Shown piece by piece: positions 1-8,089 of a stretch of DNA of 64,000 nucleotides. The stretch comes from Dehalococcoidia bacterium (lineage in GTDB: Bacteria > Chloroflexota > Dehalococcoidia > GIF9 > UBA5629). The notes under the pieces were generated by a model. The model ran no database searches. It was not told the DNA's origin and was given only the letters and a program-made list of their open reading frames with translations. Numbering within the stretch: the stretch's first letter is position 1; every line of letters starts with the position of its first letter. The stretch spans positions 56,095-120,094 of the forward strand of contig DAOUFR010000013.1 in the NCBI GenBank assembly GCA_034429715.1. The letters are read 5' to 3'. Both the position numbers and the translations under genes were made by a program.

Positions 1-378
1 TAGACTCATAAAATTTGAGATTATCCTTATCACAAGCAACATACCTATTGCCCATATTAATGCTTTCCCAAGTTTCATCCTCTGTTTGTATTGTAATCTT
101 GTGGACATTATCAAGAGGAACTGCTTTCACAAAACCCAAAGAAATTAGTTGTTCTTTAGTATTTTGAACTTGATCGCTGAACTCGCCCAAAAGATATTTT
201 TTATAAGAAAAAGGTTTTATTTTTTTACTATATCGCTCAGATATATAAGTGATTTTCTGAAGGCGTAGTGCTCCATATACACCGTTGTCAAATTTTCCTA
301 TGATGGTATATAAGTATATTCTTCGGAATACATCAGCAGGAATAGCGCATAAGTTATTGTCACACGTATCTTGCTTCA
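1..378 (-). CDS. hypothetical protein, 5' part only (continues past the window start)
   Basis: ATG at 378 on the minus strand is preceded by a GGAGGAG Shine-Dalgarno (plus 384-390). An open frame of at least 126 codons runs to position 1. The region is AT-rich and I recognise no family. Confidence 0.4.
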
Positions 379-452
379 TATCTCCTCCAATTACTTAATT
401 TGATTATACACTGTGCTAATTCAAAATGATATGATGCCAAGCATGACCTAAA

Positions 453-1022
453 TCATTTAGTTAACCACTTAGCAACTCCACCGTGATGTGAACAAGTACC
501 TTGGCGGTGTTGGCTATAACTACATGTCCCATCTCTGCAAATTGCCGTAGCTCCGCTGCATGGCTGCGTGTTTGTGCTTTTCATTGGGGGTATGTTATTT
601 GGTTTTGTGGTCTTTGTGGCTGAAGTATCAGTGCTGGATTTTGAAGGGGTATTATCTGTAGTTGAATTAGGGATGGTACTAGTAGGTATATTAGTAATCG
701 GTTTTGAAGGAGCATAGTTTGAATCTAAATTGGTCGTGGTATTGGATGGTATGATCGGTAGATTTGGTGTACTCTGGATATTTGTATCAGCGGTGATCGT
801 AGAGTTAGAGGAACAAGCACCTAATGTTATTCCACCTAGTACCACAATAATAAATACACTTATTGAGATACAGCATCCAAGCGCACTTCCTATTTTTCTT
901 TGGCGTCCCTGTCTTGTAAGGGGAATACCAGTTGTTCGGGAAACTTTTCCTTTAGCACCTGAGATTCCTACCGCTCGTTTCCACGAAAAGGAAACCCCGA
1001 ATTTCTTGCCCACCCTAACCAC
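453..1022 (-). CDS. secreted or lipo-anchored protein with an S/T/N/P-rich linker and a C-terminal Cys-rich DUF3761-like domain
   Basis: Hydrophobic signal segment with a lipobox-like LGAC. Long low-complexity Ser/Thr/Asn/Pro linker. C-terminal motif CSGATAICRDGTCSYSQHRQGTCSHHGGVAKWL resembles the DUF3761 consensus (C.DG..S.S...G.CS.HGGV..W). The true start is probably an internal non-ATG codon. Confidence 0.5.
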   Translation of the reverse strand: MVRVGKKFGVSFSWKRAVGISGAKGKVSRTTGIPLTRQGRQRKIGSALGCCISISVFIIVVLGGITLGACSSNSTITADTNIQSTPNLPIIPSNTTTNLDSNYAPSKPITNIPTSTIPNSTTDNTPSKSSTDTSATKTTKPNNIPPMKSTNTQPCSGATAICRDGTCSYSQHRQGTCSHHGGVAKWLTK

Positions 1023-1100
1023 CTTCCAACTAAAATCAGCATTCTATTATATACCTTCTAAATCATATTTGCTATACTTAAATAATCATCGTTTGGGAGG

Positions 1101-1355
1101 GTGGATATGTCGAGCTATTTCAATCAGCGGCCAAACACTTCCGAACAACAGGAGAAATACGACATACTTCACAGAGCGAACGGAAGGTGCGAATGTGATA
1201 GCACAAGGCACGATCACAACCAAAAATGCAACCGGCGATTGTACAGTACCTATAGATTCTACTCACAAATTGGCGACCAAGCTAATATTCGTTCTTATAA
1301 TTCTGTTGTGGTTTGCAGTGTGTGTGCTCGTTACATAAAGGACGTAGGATATTAA
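1101..1355 (+). CDS. small 84-aa Cys4 zinc-finger-like hypothetical protein
   Basis: GGGAGGGTGG Shine-Dalgarno lies 5 nt upstream of the ATG. Two Cys pairs (CEC...C and CSVC) are present. The gene overlaps the convergent 147-aa gene by about 74 bp. Confidence 0.35.
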   Translation: MDMSSYFNQRPNTSEQQEKYDILHRANGRCECDSTRHDHNQKCNRRLYSTYRFYSQIGDQANIRSYNSVVVCSVCARYIKDVGY

Positions 1356-1725
1356 CTAACTTGTCTATGTAATGAGGTTCAATACGCAATACTATCGTTG
1401 GCGTGTGTCTTGAATACCATTCAATTCCTATTGATACAGCATCACATTCAATATCATTTTGTATATTCTGACCAATAAAAGTCCATAACCTATCAGCAAA
1501 ATTTGCAACCTCGGCTAAGTCTGCTGTCTCATCATTATCGTAATTAACGGCGTAATCAAGTTCAACTGTGGCCCAATGAGTATCGCTTCCCTGACAACTT
1601 TCAATAGTACATACTTTTGGTATCTGGTTTAACAGTTCCACCAATTCCTTTATGCCTTCATCAACATAAACAGTAACTTTTGCAGGCACTTGTTTGTGCA
1701 CAGAATCCCACACATTGGCACTCAT
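1282..1725 (-). CDS. hypothetical protein, 147 aa, no recognised family
   Basis: GGAG lies upstream of the ATG at 1725. Codon use is consistent and AT-rich, matching the surrounding island. Confidence 0.45.
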   Translation of the reverse strand: MSANVWDSVHKQVPAKVTVYVDEGIKELVELLNQIPKVCTIESCQGSDTHWATVELDYAVNYDNDETADLAEVANFADRLWTFIGQNIQNDIECDAVSIGIEWYSRHTPTIVLRIEPHYIDKLVNILRPLCNEHTHCKPQQNYKNEY

Positions 1726-1778
1726 TTCCGATACTCCCTATATTAGAAACATATTGATATGCGTATTATCCACCTGAT

Positions 1779-2006
1779 ATGATTGTTTATATGGATCGTT
1801 GGGTTGCGGTAGTGTTAGCTTTTATTGTCTTGAGTGCTGGCATAGCGGTAGAGGTAATAATTGGAATAGCAATCACCCAATTCTTTATTGAAGTATCTAA
1901 ATTTGATCCCACAGGAATTGTCATTTTAATCATAGTTGTGTTTGATGTAGCTGGGATTGTTGCTTTATGGAAAGAAATATCTTCATTTTTTAGTGGCCTT
2001 TTCTAA
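1779..2006 (+). CDS. small hydrophobic membrane protein with 2 predicted TM helices
   Basis: 75-aa ORF made almost entirely of two hydrophobic helices. Located in the AT-rich island. Confidence 0.3.
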   Translation: MIVYMDRWVAVVLAFIVLSAGIAVEVIIGIAITQFFIEVSKFDPTGIVILIIVVFDVAGIVALWKEISSFFSGLF

Positions 2007-2343
2007 TTTCCTTTTATACCACAGAGCGGTCAGCAACATGGCTAAAGCTGATATAGCCAATACTAGCATTAGTGCCGCCATTAATCCCATATAACTTAGA
2101 ATTAGATACTTCTGGCAAGAAGTCATCGTACTCGTAAGAATAGCATCAATTATATAGTTAAACATTTTATCTATACGACCTTAACTTCCCAATTTCTTAA
2201 TGCGTTGGCTGGTGAAATACTTAGACGTAGGCAATCTTTTATGGCAGAATAAAGGTGAACATGAATTGTGCGCTTGAATAGGAAAATCAACAAGGAGTTT
2301 ACTTGAGCATAATTGTACATTAGAACATAATAGGTGTTCACCG

Positions 2344-3312
2344 ATGTCGAATTTAAAATATTTTATCACTTCAAAGGCCAAGCGCAACGTGCTTTACCTC
2401 TTTTTGCGCGACACAAGCAAGCGATATTATACCCGGGAGGTGGCCCGCTTAACCGGGGAGCCGCTGAATGCTGTCCGCCGGGAGCTCGGATACCTGGAGA
2501 ACGCCGGATTGTTCACTTCACGTGCTCAGGGCAACCTCAAATATTATGAAGTCGTTAAGAGCTTCCCGCTTCTGTCGCAGTGGCGGAAAATAATTTTAGA
2601 GTCCTATGCGGATCAGCATCCCGCAACTGCTGAGACCCCCACTCCCGCCATTGCCATCGTAGAAAATCGTACTCCACAGGCTATTGAGTTCATAGACGAG
2701 GAAGTTAAAAAGCGTCCGCCGGAGATAAAGCATGCCATTGCCATGACCGAATCATTCAAACATACACCGCTGGAAGACGGCGACAAACCCATCATACCGG
2801 GCATGCGTGTGGTTCCCAATCACGGCCGACAACCGCTGCCCGATGTCATAGAACTCCCTGCCCATGTTGTTTCAGCAGGGGAAATCGAAGAAACTGTTTT
2901 AATCAACGCGGCGGCGGAACAGCCGATGGAACAACCGATGGAACAACCGATCGAACAGCCAACGGAACAGCCACAGGAGTCAGGGCCCAGGACCATCCTC
3001 ACACTCCAGTCAGTGGTCAACCATCTGCGTGACCAGTTGAAAGACATAAACACCATCAACCTCGCCCTCATACACGGCGAGGCCGCCAGGCTGGAGAGCA
3101 TTCCTGAAAACGGCCTCGACCTGCTGATCGTGGGGGACATGAGCAGGGATATGATCATGGAGCTGATAGCCGTTTTCGAGGATGCCTCCGGCATCGAGGT
3201 TAACCTGACCAGCATGACCCGCAGCGACTTCGACTACCGTAACGCCAAGGGCGACGCGTTCGTCAGGCGCATCTGGGGAGAGAAGAAACTGGTGATAAAG
3301 GGACGGCAGTGA
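2344..3312 (+). CDS. winged-helix DNA-binding protein with a C-terminal minimal-nucleotidyltransferase-like (MNT-fold) domain
   Basis: N-terminal region (YYTREVARLTGEPLNAVRRELGYLENAGLF) looks like an ArsR/MarR-type wHTH. C-terminal HGEAARLESIPENGLDLLIVGD aligns to the pol-beta/MNT motif hG[GS]xARGx5SDhDLhhh but with degenerate acidic residues. An internal (EQPM)x5 linker repeat is present. The gene begins exactly where GC content rises. Confidence 0.6.
   Translation: MSNLKYFITSKAKRNVLYLFLRDTSKRYYTREVARLTGEPLNAVRRELGYLENAGLFTSRAQGNLKYYEVVKSFPLLSQWRKIILESYADQHPATAETPTPAIAIVENRTPQAIEFIDEEVKKRPPEIKHAIAMTESFKHTPLEDGDKPIIPGMRVVPNHGRQPLPDVIELPAHVVSAGEIEETVLINAAAEQPMEQPMEQPIEQPTEQPQESGPRTILTLQSVVNHLRDQLKDINTINLALIHGEAARLESIPENGLDLLIVGDMSRDMIMELIAVFEDASGIEVNLTSMTRSDFDYRNAKGDAFVRRIWGEKKLVIKGRQ
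2917..2976 (+). repeat. 5 x 12-bp in-frame tandem repeat encoding (E-Q-P-M/I/T) units in the 2344-3312 CDS
   Basis: Units are gaacagccgatg, gaacaaccgatg, gaacaaccgatc, gaacagccaacg, gaacagccacag. Confidence 0.8.
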
Positions 3313-3364
3313 GAGCGCCGGCCCGTACCATGCTACAGATCGGCCATTTCTGTTAAAATATCGC

Positions 3365-5311
3365 ATGCCAGTCGATCCTTCGATTATTTTTCAGGCGTCC
3401 AAGCTGGGCGACCTGCCTTATATAGTCAAGGAACTCGATCGCGCCGATAAGCTCCTTGAAAAGAATCAGCCGGTCGGGCGCATCTACGGCGTCAGTGGCG
3501 GAGCTCTGACGGCAACGGCCTTTGCGCTGGCGCTGGCTGCGAAAAAAGATCCGCAAAAGTGGGGCAAAGCCGCTACAGCCATAAGCGATTTCCGCAGTTT
3601 CCTCTCGAAGGCCAGAGGTGACCAGATCCGCTCGTTCAACGTCAACCCATGGTACGGACGGTCCAACCTCAATCCTTTGAGGAAATGGCTGGAAAGGAAG
3701 TTAAATCATTACTGCAGCGATACGGCGGGCGCACCTGAAGGTACGCCTCTACAGCAGTTACAGGTATCCGACCTGGGCCTTCCGCTTTACATCTGCACCA
3801 TGGACCGCGATGCCGTCTTCACCATGTTCGGCCCGCCCGACGATACTCTGCAGTGCCCGTATCAGTTCATGCACATGGGCCCGCCGCAGGATGCTCCCCT
3901 GATAGATGCCGTAATAGCGGCGCTAAGTACATTGCTTTCGACCCGTCCATCCACCGTCAACGATAAGTATGTTTACGACTGCCGGCCGCCTATAGTCGAT
4001 GCGGGCGCCATCGTGGCCGACCTTGAGGCCAAGGACCCTCGTCCTATTCTTCGCACCAAACCGCATGCTGAGGTGCGCAAATGGAAGCTCAACTTCATTA
4101 CCTCGGTCTTCATCATGCACTCGCAGCATGAGCGTAACCAGACTATAACGGCCGATTATTACCTGGACCTACTGCGGCGCCATCGCGAGCTCCTGCAAAA
4201 GGTAAAGCAAGCGCAGCCCGATTTCTCCATGCAAACGCTCAAGACAAAGGGCCCTCTTCCGGCCGCTGGCCATGCGGACCTGCCATACGTGGGCTCGACC
4301 GAGGCCGCCACCAACATGCTCGAATCGTCGAAAAACCGCGTGGCCATTATGGCCCGCTTCAGCGAGATACTGAACGGCCAGCTTGACAGCTTCCCCTTCG
4401 ATCGACCGGCAAACATCATCTACGGCGCCGGCGGCTTCTCGGGTATACTGGGAGGACTGGTTACCGCGCGAGCCGTGGACGAAGGCTTCAGGCAGGGAGG
4501 AGGTGAGATAAAGCAGATCTACGGCGTCTCCGCAGGCGTGCTCAACGGCTTTTTCCACGCGGTACAGGTGGCAGCAGCGCACTATCCAGACACATATAGA
4601 CCCGAAGCACAACATGCGCTGGAGGACCTGGAGGATTTCATCGCCAACCTGCGTACCGACAGGCTGGTCAGAATAAACCGCAATCCCCTGCGTTTCTGGC
4701 AGGGCTGGGGCAACCTCGAGCCACTGCAGGAATTTCTGGCCCAAAAGCTGAAAGAGTACACGGGTGCGGCCAGCCCTGAAACGCTGACCTTCGATGATAT
4801 TAAACTTCCCCTGACCGTAACTGCTGCGCGCGCCGACGGTTTCACGGATTTCCTGGGCATGACAGGTCCTGACAGGCATTTCGAATTCGGCGGCCTCACC
4901 TGGAAGGTGCTGGAAGCCCCCATCATCAGGGCTGTAGCAGCCGGCTGGAGCATGAACACCTACATCGAACCGGCCGATCTCAACGGCCAGAGGTATCGCG
5001 ACGGCGGGGGAACATTTTACGACCCGTCGCTGCTGGTAGTCTGCCTGGACCCGGAGCTGGTCAATCTCATCACGGTCCATCTCGATCACCCGGAGAGCCA
5101 CAGCGAGAACCTGCCGGAATACCCGGACATCAGCCGTATTATCCTTGACACACACAACTATACCTTCCCCGAGCAGCAGCGCCGCATGCGCAGACTATCT
5201 ATGCTTTTCTACGACCACTTCCGCCTGCGACTGTACGCCCGGGAGAACAATATACCTGTGGAACCTGATTTCCGCCGCCAGTGGAAACTGCAGAATACCG
5301 GTTACCTTTAG
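3365..5311 (+). CDS. patatin-like phospholipase with two tandem patatin domains
   Basis: Two GxSxG nucleophile elbows (IYGVSGGAL near the N-terminus, IYGVSAGVL mid-protein). The second domain has a DGG catalytic Asp motif (YRDGGGTFYDP). The first domain has DAGA in its place, possibly degenerate. Glycine-rich oxyanion stretches (GAGGFSG) are present. Confidence 0.8.
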   Translation: MPVDPSIIFQASKLGDLPYIVKELDRADKLLEKNQPVGRIYGVSGGALTATAFALALAAKKDPQKWGKAATAISDFRSFLSKARGDQIRSFNVNPWYGRSNLNPLRKWLERKLNHYCSDTAGAPEGTPLQQLQVSDLGLPLYICTMDRDAVFTMFGPPDDTLQCPYQFMHMGPPQDAPLIDAVIAALSTLLSTRPSTVNDKYVYDCRPPIVDAGAIVADLEAKDPRPILRTKPHAEVRKWKLNFITSVFIMHSQHERNQTITADYYLDLLRRHRELLQKVKQAQPDFSMQTLKTKGPLPAAGHADLPYVGSTEAATNMLESSKNRVAIMARFSEILNGQLDSFPFDRPANIIYGAGGFSGILGGLVTARAVDEGFRQGGGEIKQIYGVSAGVLNGFFHAVQVAAAHYPDTYRPEAQHALEDLEDFIANLRTDRLVRINRNPLRFWQGWGNLEPLQEFLAQKLKEYTGAASPETLTFDDIKLPLTVTAARADGFTDFLGMTGPDRHFEFGGLTWKVLEAPIIRAVAAGWSMNTYIEPADLNGQRYRDGGGTFYDPSLLVVCLDPELVNLITVHLDHPESHSENLPEYPDISRIILDTHNYTFPEQQRRMRRLSMLFYDHFRLRLYARENNIPVEPDFRRQWKLQNTGYL

Positions 5312-5383
5312 TCAGGCGCAAGGCCCTGGCTTCGGGGAATGGTATAATGAATCCGGCCGGCACTCCGGCGAGGAAAAACAAGC

Positions 5384-6136
5384 ATGAATAAATTCGCATT
5401 TTTATCCGTTGCCGTCTGTCTTCTAATGACGCTGCTGGTAACAGCCTGCAACCCGACGCCTTCGTCCCCGGCCAAGCTAAGAGTAGCCTGCGACGCCACA
5501 TGGCCGCCGTTCGAGATAATCAACGAGCAGACCAAGGAACTGGACGGCTTCGGGCCCGAGCTGATACGCGCCGTGGCAGCCAGAGCGGGACTCGATATAG
5601 AGCTGATCAACGTGGGATTCGACTCGGTGCTGGCCGGTGTTTCCCAGTGCCAGTACGACATGGCGGTCTCATCTATAACGATCACAGATGACCGCAAAAA
5701 GACCATACTTTTCTCCGACCCTTACTACCTGGCAGGGCAGATAGTTACAGTCCGAAAGAACAATGACAGCATTTCGAGCAAGGATGACCTGTCCGGCAAA
5801 ACCGTAGGCGGCCAGATCGGCACGACGGGAATCATCGAGGCCAACAAAATACCCGGCGCCAGAGTCAAGACCTTCGACGAGGTCGGGTTCGCCTTCCAGG
5901 ACCTCATGAACGGGCAGCTCGATGCAGTCATAGCCGACTACCCCGTGGCCCAGGGCTACGTTGTAAAGAATAAAGAAACCCTGAAGACCGTGGGGCCGAT
6001 CTTCACGGACGAATACTACGGCATCGCCATCTGCAAGAAGAACGCCCACCTCGTGCCCAAGATAAATGCCGCTCTCAAATCACTCAAGGACGAGGGATTC
6101 CTGGACAGGCTCGACCAGAAATGGGTCGGCCGCTAA
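5384..6136 (+). CDS. ABC transporter substrate-binding lipoprotein, polar amino-acid family
   Basis: Signal peptide plus lipobox (LLVTACNP). Periplasmic-binding family 3 fold. Followed directly by permease and ATPase genes. Confidence 0.85.
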   Translation: MNKFAFLSVAVCLLMTLLVTACNPTPSSPAKLRVACDATWPPFEIINEQTKELDGFGPELIRAVAARAGLDIELINVGFDSVLAGVSQCQYDMAVSSITITDDRKKTILFSDPYYLAGQIVTVRKNNDSISSKDDLSGKTVGGQIGTTGIIEANKIPGARVKTFDEVGFAFQDLMNGQLDAVIADYPVAQGYVVKNKETLKTVGPIFTDEYYGIAICKKNAHLVPKINAALKSLKDEGFLDRLDQKWVGR

Positions 6137-6166
6137 GCGCTGCGCTCAGTCTACCCTCAACTACGC

Positions 6167-7021
6167 TTGAGGCGTATAATAATAGCCTGCTCAATGAGTA
6201 CGCCCGACAGACCGCAGATTCCCCAGGAGGAGCTGGGTCATATACCCGGCGCAGAGCCATCCACGCGCATGGATGCCTGGTGGTGGCTGGTGGCTCTGGT
6301 GGTCGGCATCACAGTCCTTCTGCTTTTTGCCTGGCCCGACCCCTTCATGAATATCTTCAAGTTCGTCCAGGACGGCATCGTGATAACGATAACCGTCACC
6401 CTGGTCTCCTTTTTACTGGTACTGGTCGTGGGCATGGCAGGCGGACTGGGCCGGCTATCGAGTAATCGCGCCGTCTATATAATCTCCACACTGTACGTTG
6501 AACTCGTGCGCGGCGTGCCGCTGCTGGTCCAACTTATAATCTGGTACTTCGCCGTGCCGGTCATGATCCAGTACCTGGGCAAGGCCTGGGCCATCCCGGC
6601 GCTGGAGGGCTTCCAGGCAGATCCCGTCGTGATGGCCATAATCGGCCTGGTCTTCTGCTACGGGGCCTATATGAGCGAGATCTACCGCGCAGGCATCCAG
6701 AGTATCCCCAAAGGACAGATGGAGGCAGCGCGCAGCCTGGGTATGACCTACTTCCAGTCGATGCGGCATGTCGTCCTGCCGCAGGCCGTGCGCATAATCC
6801 TTCCGCCCATCGGCAACGAGTTTATCGCGCTGCTTAAGGATTCCTCGCTGGTCAGCGTGGTTGCCGTGGCAGACCTGACGCGGCGCGGCCGGGAATATGC
6901 CTCGATCCACTTCGATCCCATCGAGGTCTGGATGCTGGTGGCTCTGCTGTACCTGATTATGACGCTCTTCTCGGCGCGCGTGGTGAACTGGATAGAAAAG
7001 AAAACCAAATTCGAGAGGTAA
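6167..7021 (+). CDS. amino-acid ABC transporter permease (HisM/GlnP-type)
   Basis: Multiple TM helices and an EAA-like loop. In operon with the SBP and ATPase genes. An alternative in-frame ATG lies at 6269. Confidence 0.85.
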   Translation: MRRIIIACSMSTPDRPQIPQEELGHIPGAEPSTRMDAWWWLVALVVGITVLLLFAWPDPFMNIFKFVQDGIVITITVTLVSFLLVLVVGMAGGLGRLSSNRAVYIISTLYVELVRGVPLLVQLIIWYFAVPVMIQYLGKAWAIPALEGFQADPVVMAIIGLVFCYGAYMSEIYRAGIQSIPKGQMEAARSLGMTYFQSMRHVVLPQAVRIILPPIGNEFIALLKDSSLVSVVAVADLTRRGREYASIHFDPIEVWMLVALLYLIMTLFSARVVNWIEKKTKFER

Positions 7022-7024
7022 TGA

Positions 7025-7762
7025 TTGGCTGAACCTATTATCAGCATCCGCGGGGTGCACAAATATTTCGGCAGGGTACATGCGCTGCGCGGCCTGGATC
7101 TCGACATAGCACGAGGTGAGGTCGTGGTTATAGTAGGCCCGTCCGGCTCGGGAAAATCAACTTTGCTGCGCTGTATTAACCGACTCGAGACCTACGACAA
7201 CGGCAAGATCGTAGTGGACGACATTCCGCTGGACAGCGCCAGGAACATCAACGCCGTACGGCGCGAGGTGGGCATGGTCTTCCAGTCATTTAACCTCTTC
7301 AGTCATCTCACAGTCATGGATAACCTGATGCTGGCCCAGCGCATCGTGCGCAAACGTCCGCCTGCCGAGGCCAGGCAAACTGCGATGGACCTGCTTGTGA
7401 AGGTGGGCATACCCGATAAATCCGATGCAAAACCGGCCCAACTTTCAGGCGGGCAGCAGCAGAGGGTCGCCATCGCACGCGCACTGGCAATGAATCCCAA
7501 GGTCATGCTTTTCGATGAGCCCACCAGCGCTCTTGATCCCGAGATGATCAAAGAGGTGCTCGAAGTCATGCTGGCGCTGGCTGACGAGGGGATGACCATG
7601 GCCGTAGTCTCGCATGAGATGGGCTTCACCCGCGCTGCGGCCAAGCGCGTAATTTTCATGGACGAGGGGCAGATCATCGAGCAAGCCCCTCCTGACGTGC
7701 TCTTTAATAATCCCCAGCATGAGCGTACCAGGCAGTTCCTGGGCAAGATACTCAGCCACTGA
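7025..7762 (+). CDS. amino-acid ABC transporter ATP-binding protein (GlnQ-like)
   Basis: Walker A GPSGSGKST, ABC signature LSGGQQQRVAIARAL, Walker B MLFDEPTSALD. Uses a TTG start. Confidence 0.9.
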   Translation: MAEPIISIRGVHKYFGRVHALRGLDLDIARGEVVVIVGPSGSGKSTLLRCINRLETYDNGKIVVDDIPLDSARNINAVRREVGMVFQSFNLFSHLTVMDNLMLAQRIVRKRPPAEARQTAMDLLVKVGIPDKSDAKPAQLSGGQQQRVAIARALAMNPKVMLFDEPTSALDPEMIKEVLEVMLALADEGMTMAVVSHEMGFTRAAAKRVIFMDEGQIIEQAPPDVLFNNPQHERTRQFLGKILSH

Positions 7763-7779
7763 AGCCGTGGCCGCCTGCT

Positions 7780-8040
7780 TTAATAGCCCTCCCCCTCTTT
7801 ATCGCGCCCTATCAGTACATACTCGAGGGCCGAGATAAAGAAGATGCTGAAGAAAACGATGGCCAGCATGTCGCCCGGACGCAGTCCGTTGCTTTTCACA
7901 AATTCACCCACGGAGGTATTTTCATACATCCAGGAAGCCAGCATGAAAAAGTTGAATATTGTGAGGTAAAACGTGATGCGGCTGAATGTGTAGTTGAACG
8001 ACCTGCGTATCACGTGCTTGATGTAGTTATAGGTATCCAT
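7780..8040 (-). CDS. small membrane protein of unknown function
   Basis: 86-aa ORF with two hydrophobic helices. Family not confidently recognised. Confidence 0.35.
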   Translation of the reverse strand: MDTYNYIKHVIRRSFNYTFSRITFYLTIFNFFMLASWMYENTSVGEFVKSNGLRPGDMLAIVFFSIFFISALEYVLIGRDKEGEGY

Positions 8041-8089
8041 TATTCTCCTTGTATTTAGAAATTTAGATGGCTCTGAATCTTCAAAACGC

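Noticed and set aside
1101-1355. HNH endonuclease assignment for the 84-aa Cys4 protein
   Set aside because: The spacing of Cys, His and Asn residues does not fit the HNH beta-beta-alpha-Me motif. I left it as a generic small zinc-finger protein.
2334-2549. 71-aa plus-strand ORF overlapping the start of the wHTH-MNT gene
   Set aside because: Out-of-frame overlap with a well-supported CDS and no Shine-Dalgarno.
4169-5155. 328-aa ORF antisense to the patatin gene. Similar long antisense ORFs occur at 13837-15150, 19356-20381, 20493-21479, 47504-48706, 58472-59593 and 61877-62908.
   Set aside because: Long stop-free antisense frames are typical of high-GC coding DNA. The sense-strand proteins have clear family motifs and the antisense products are low-complexity Arg/Ala/Gly-rich.
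3365-5311. Canonical CBASS (CD-NTase plus CapV patatin)
   Set aside because: The patatin protein is a 648-aa double-domain form, not a CapV-like single domain of about 350 aa. The adjacent NTase-fold domain lacks the intact GS...DxD catalytic motif and is fused to a wHTH. I kept it only as a non-canonical candidate in the findings.
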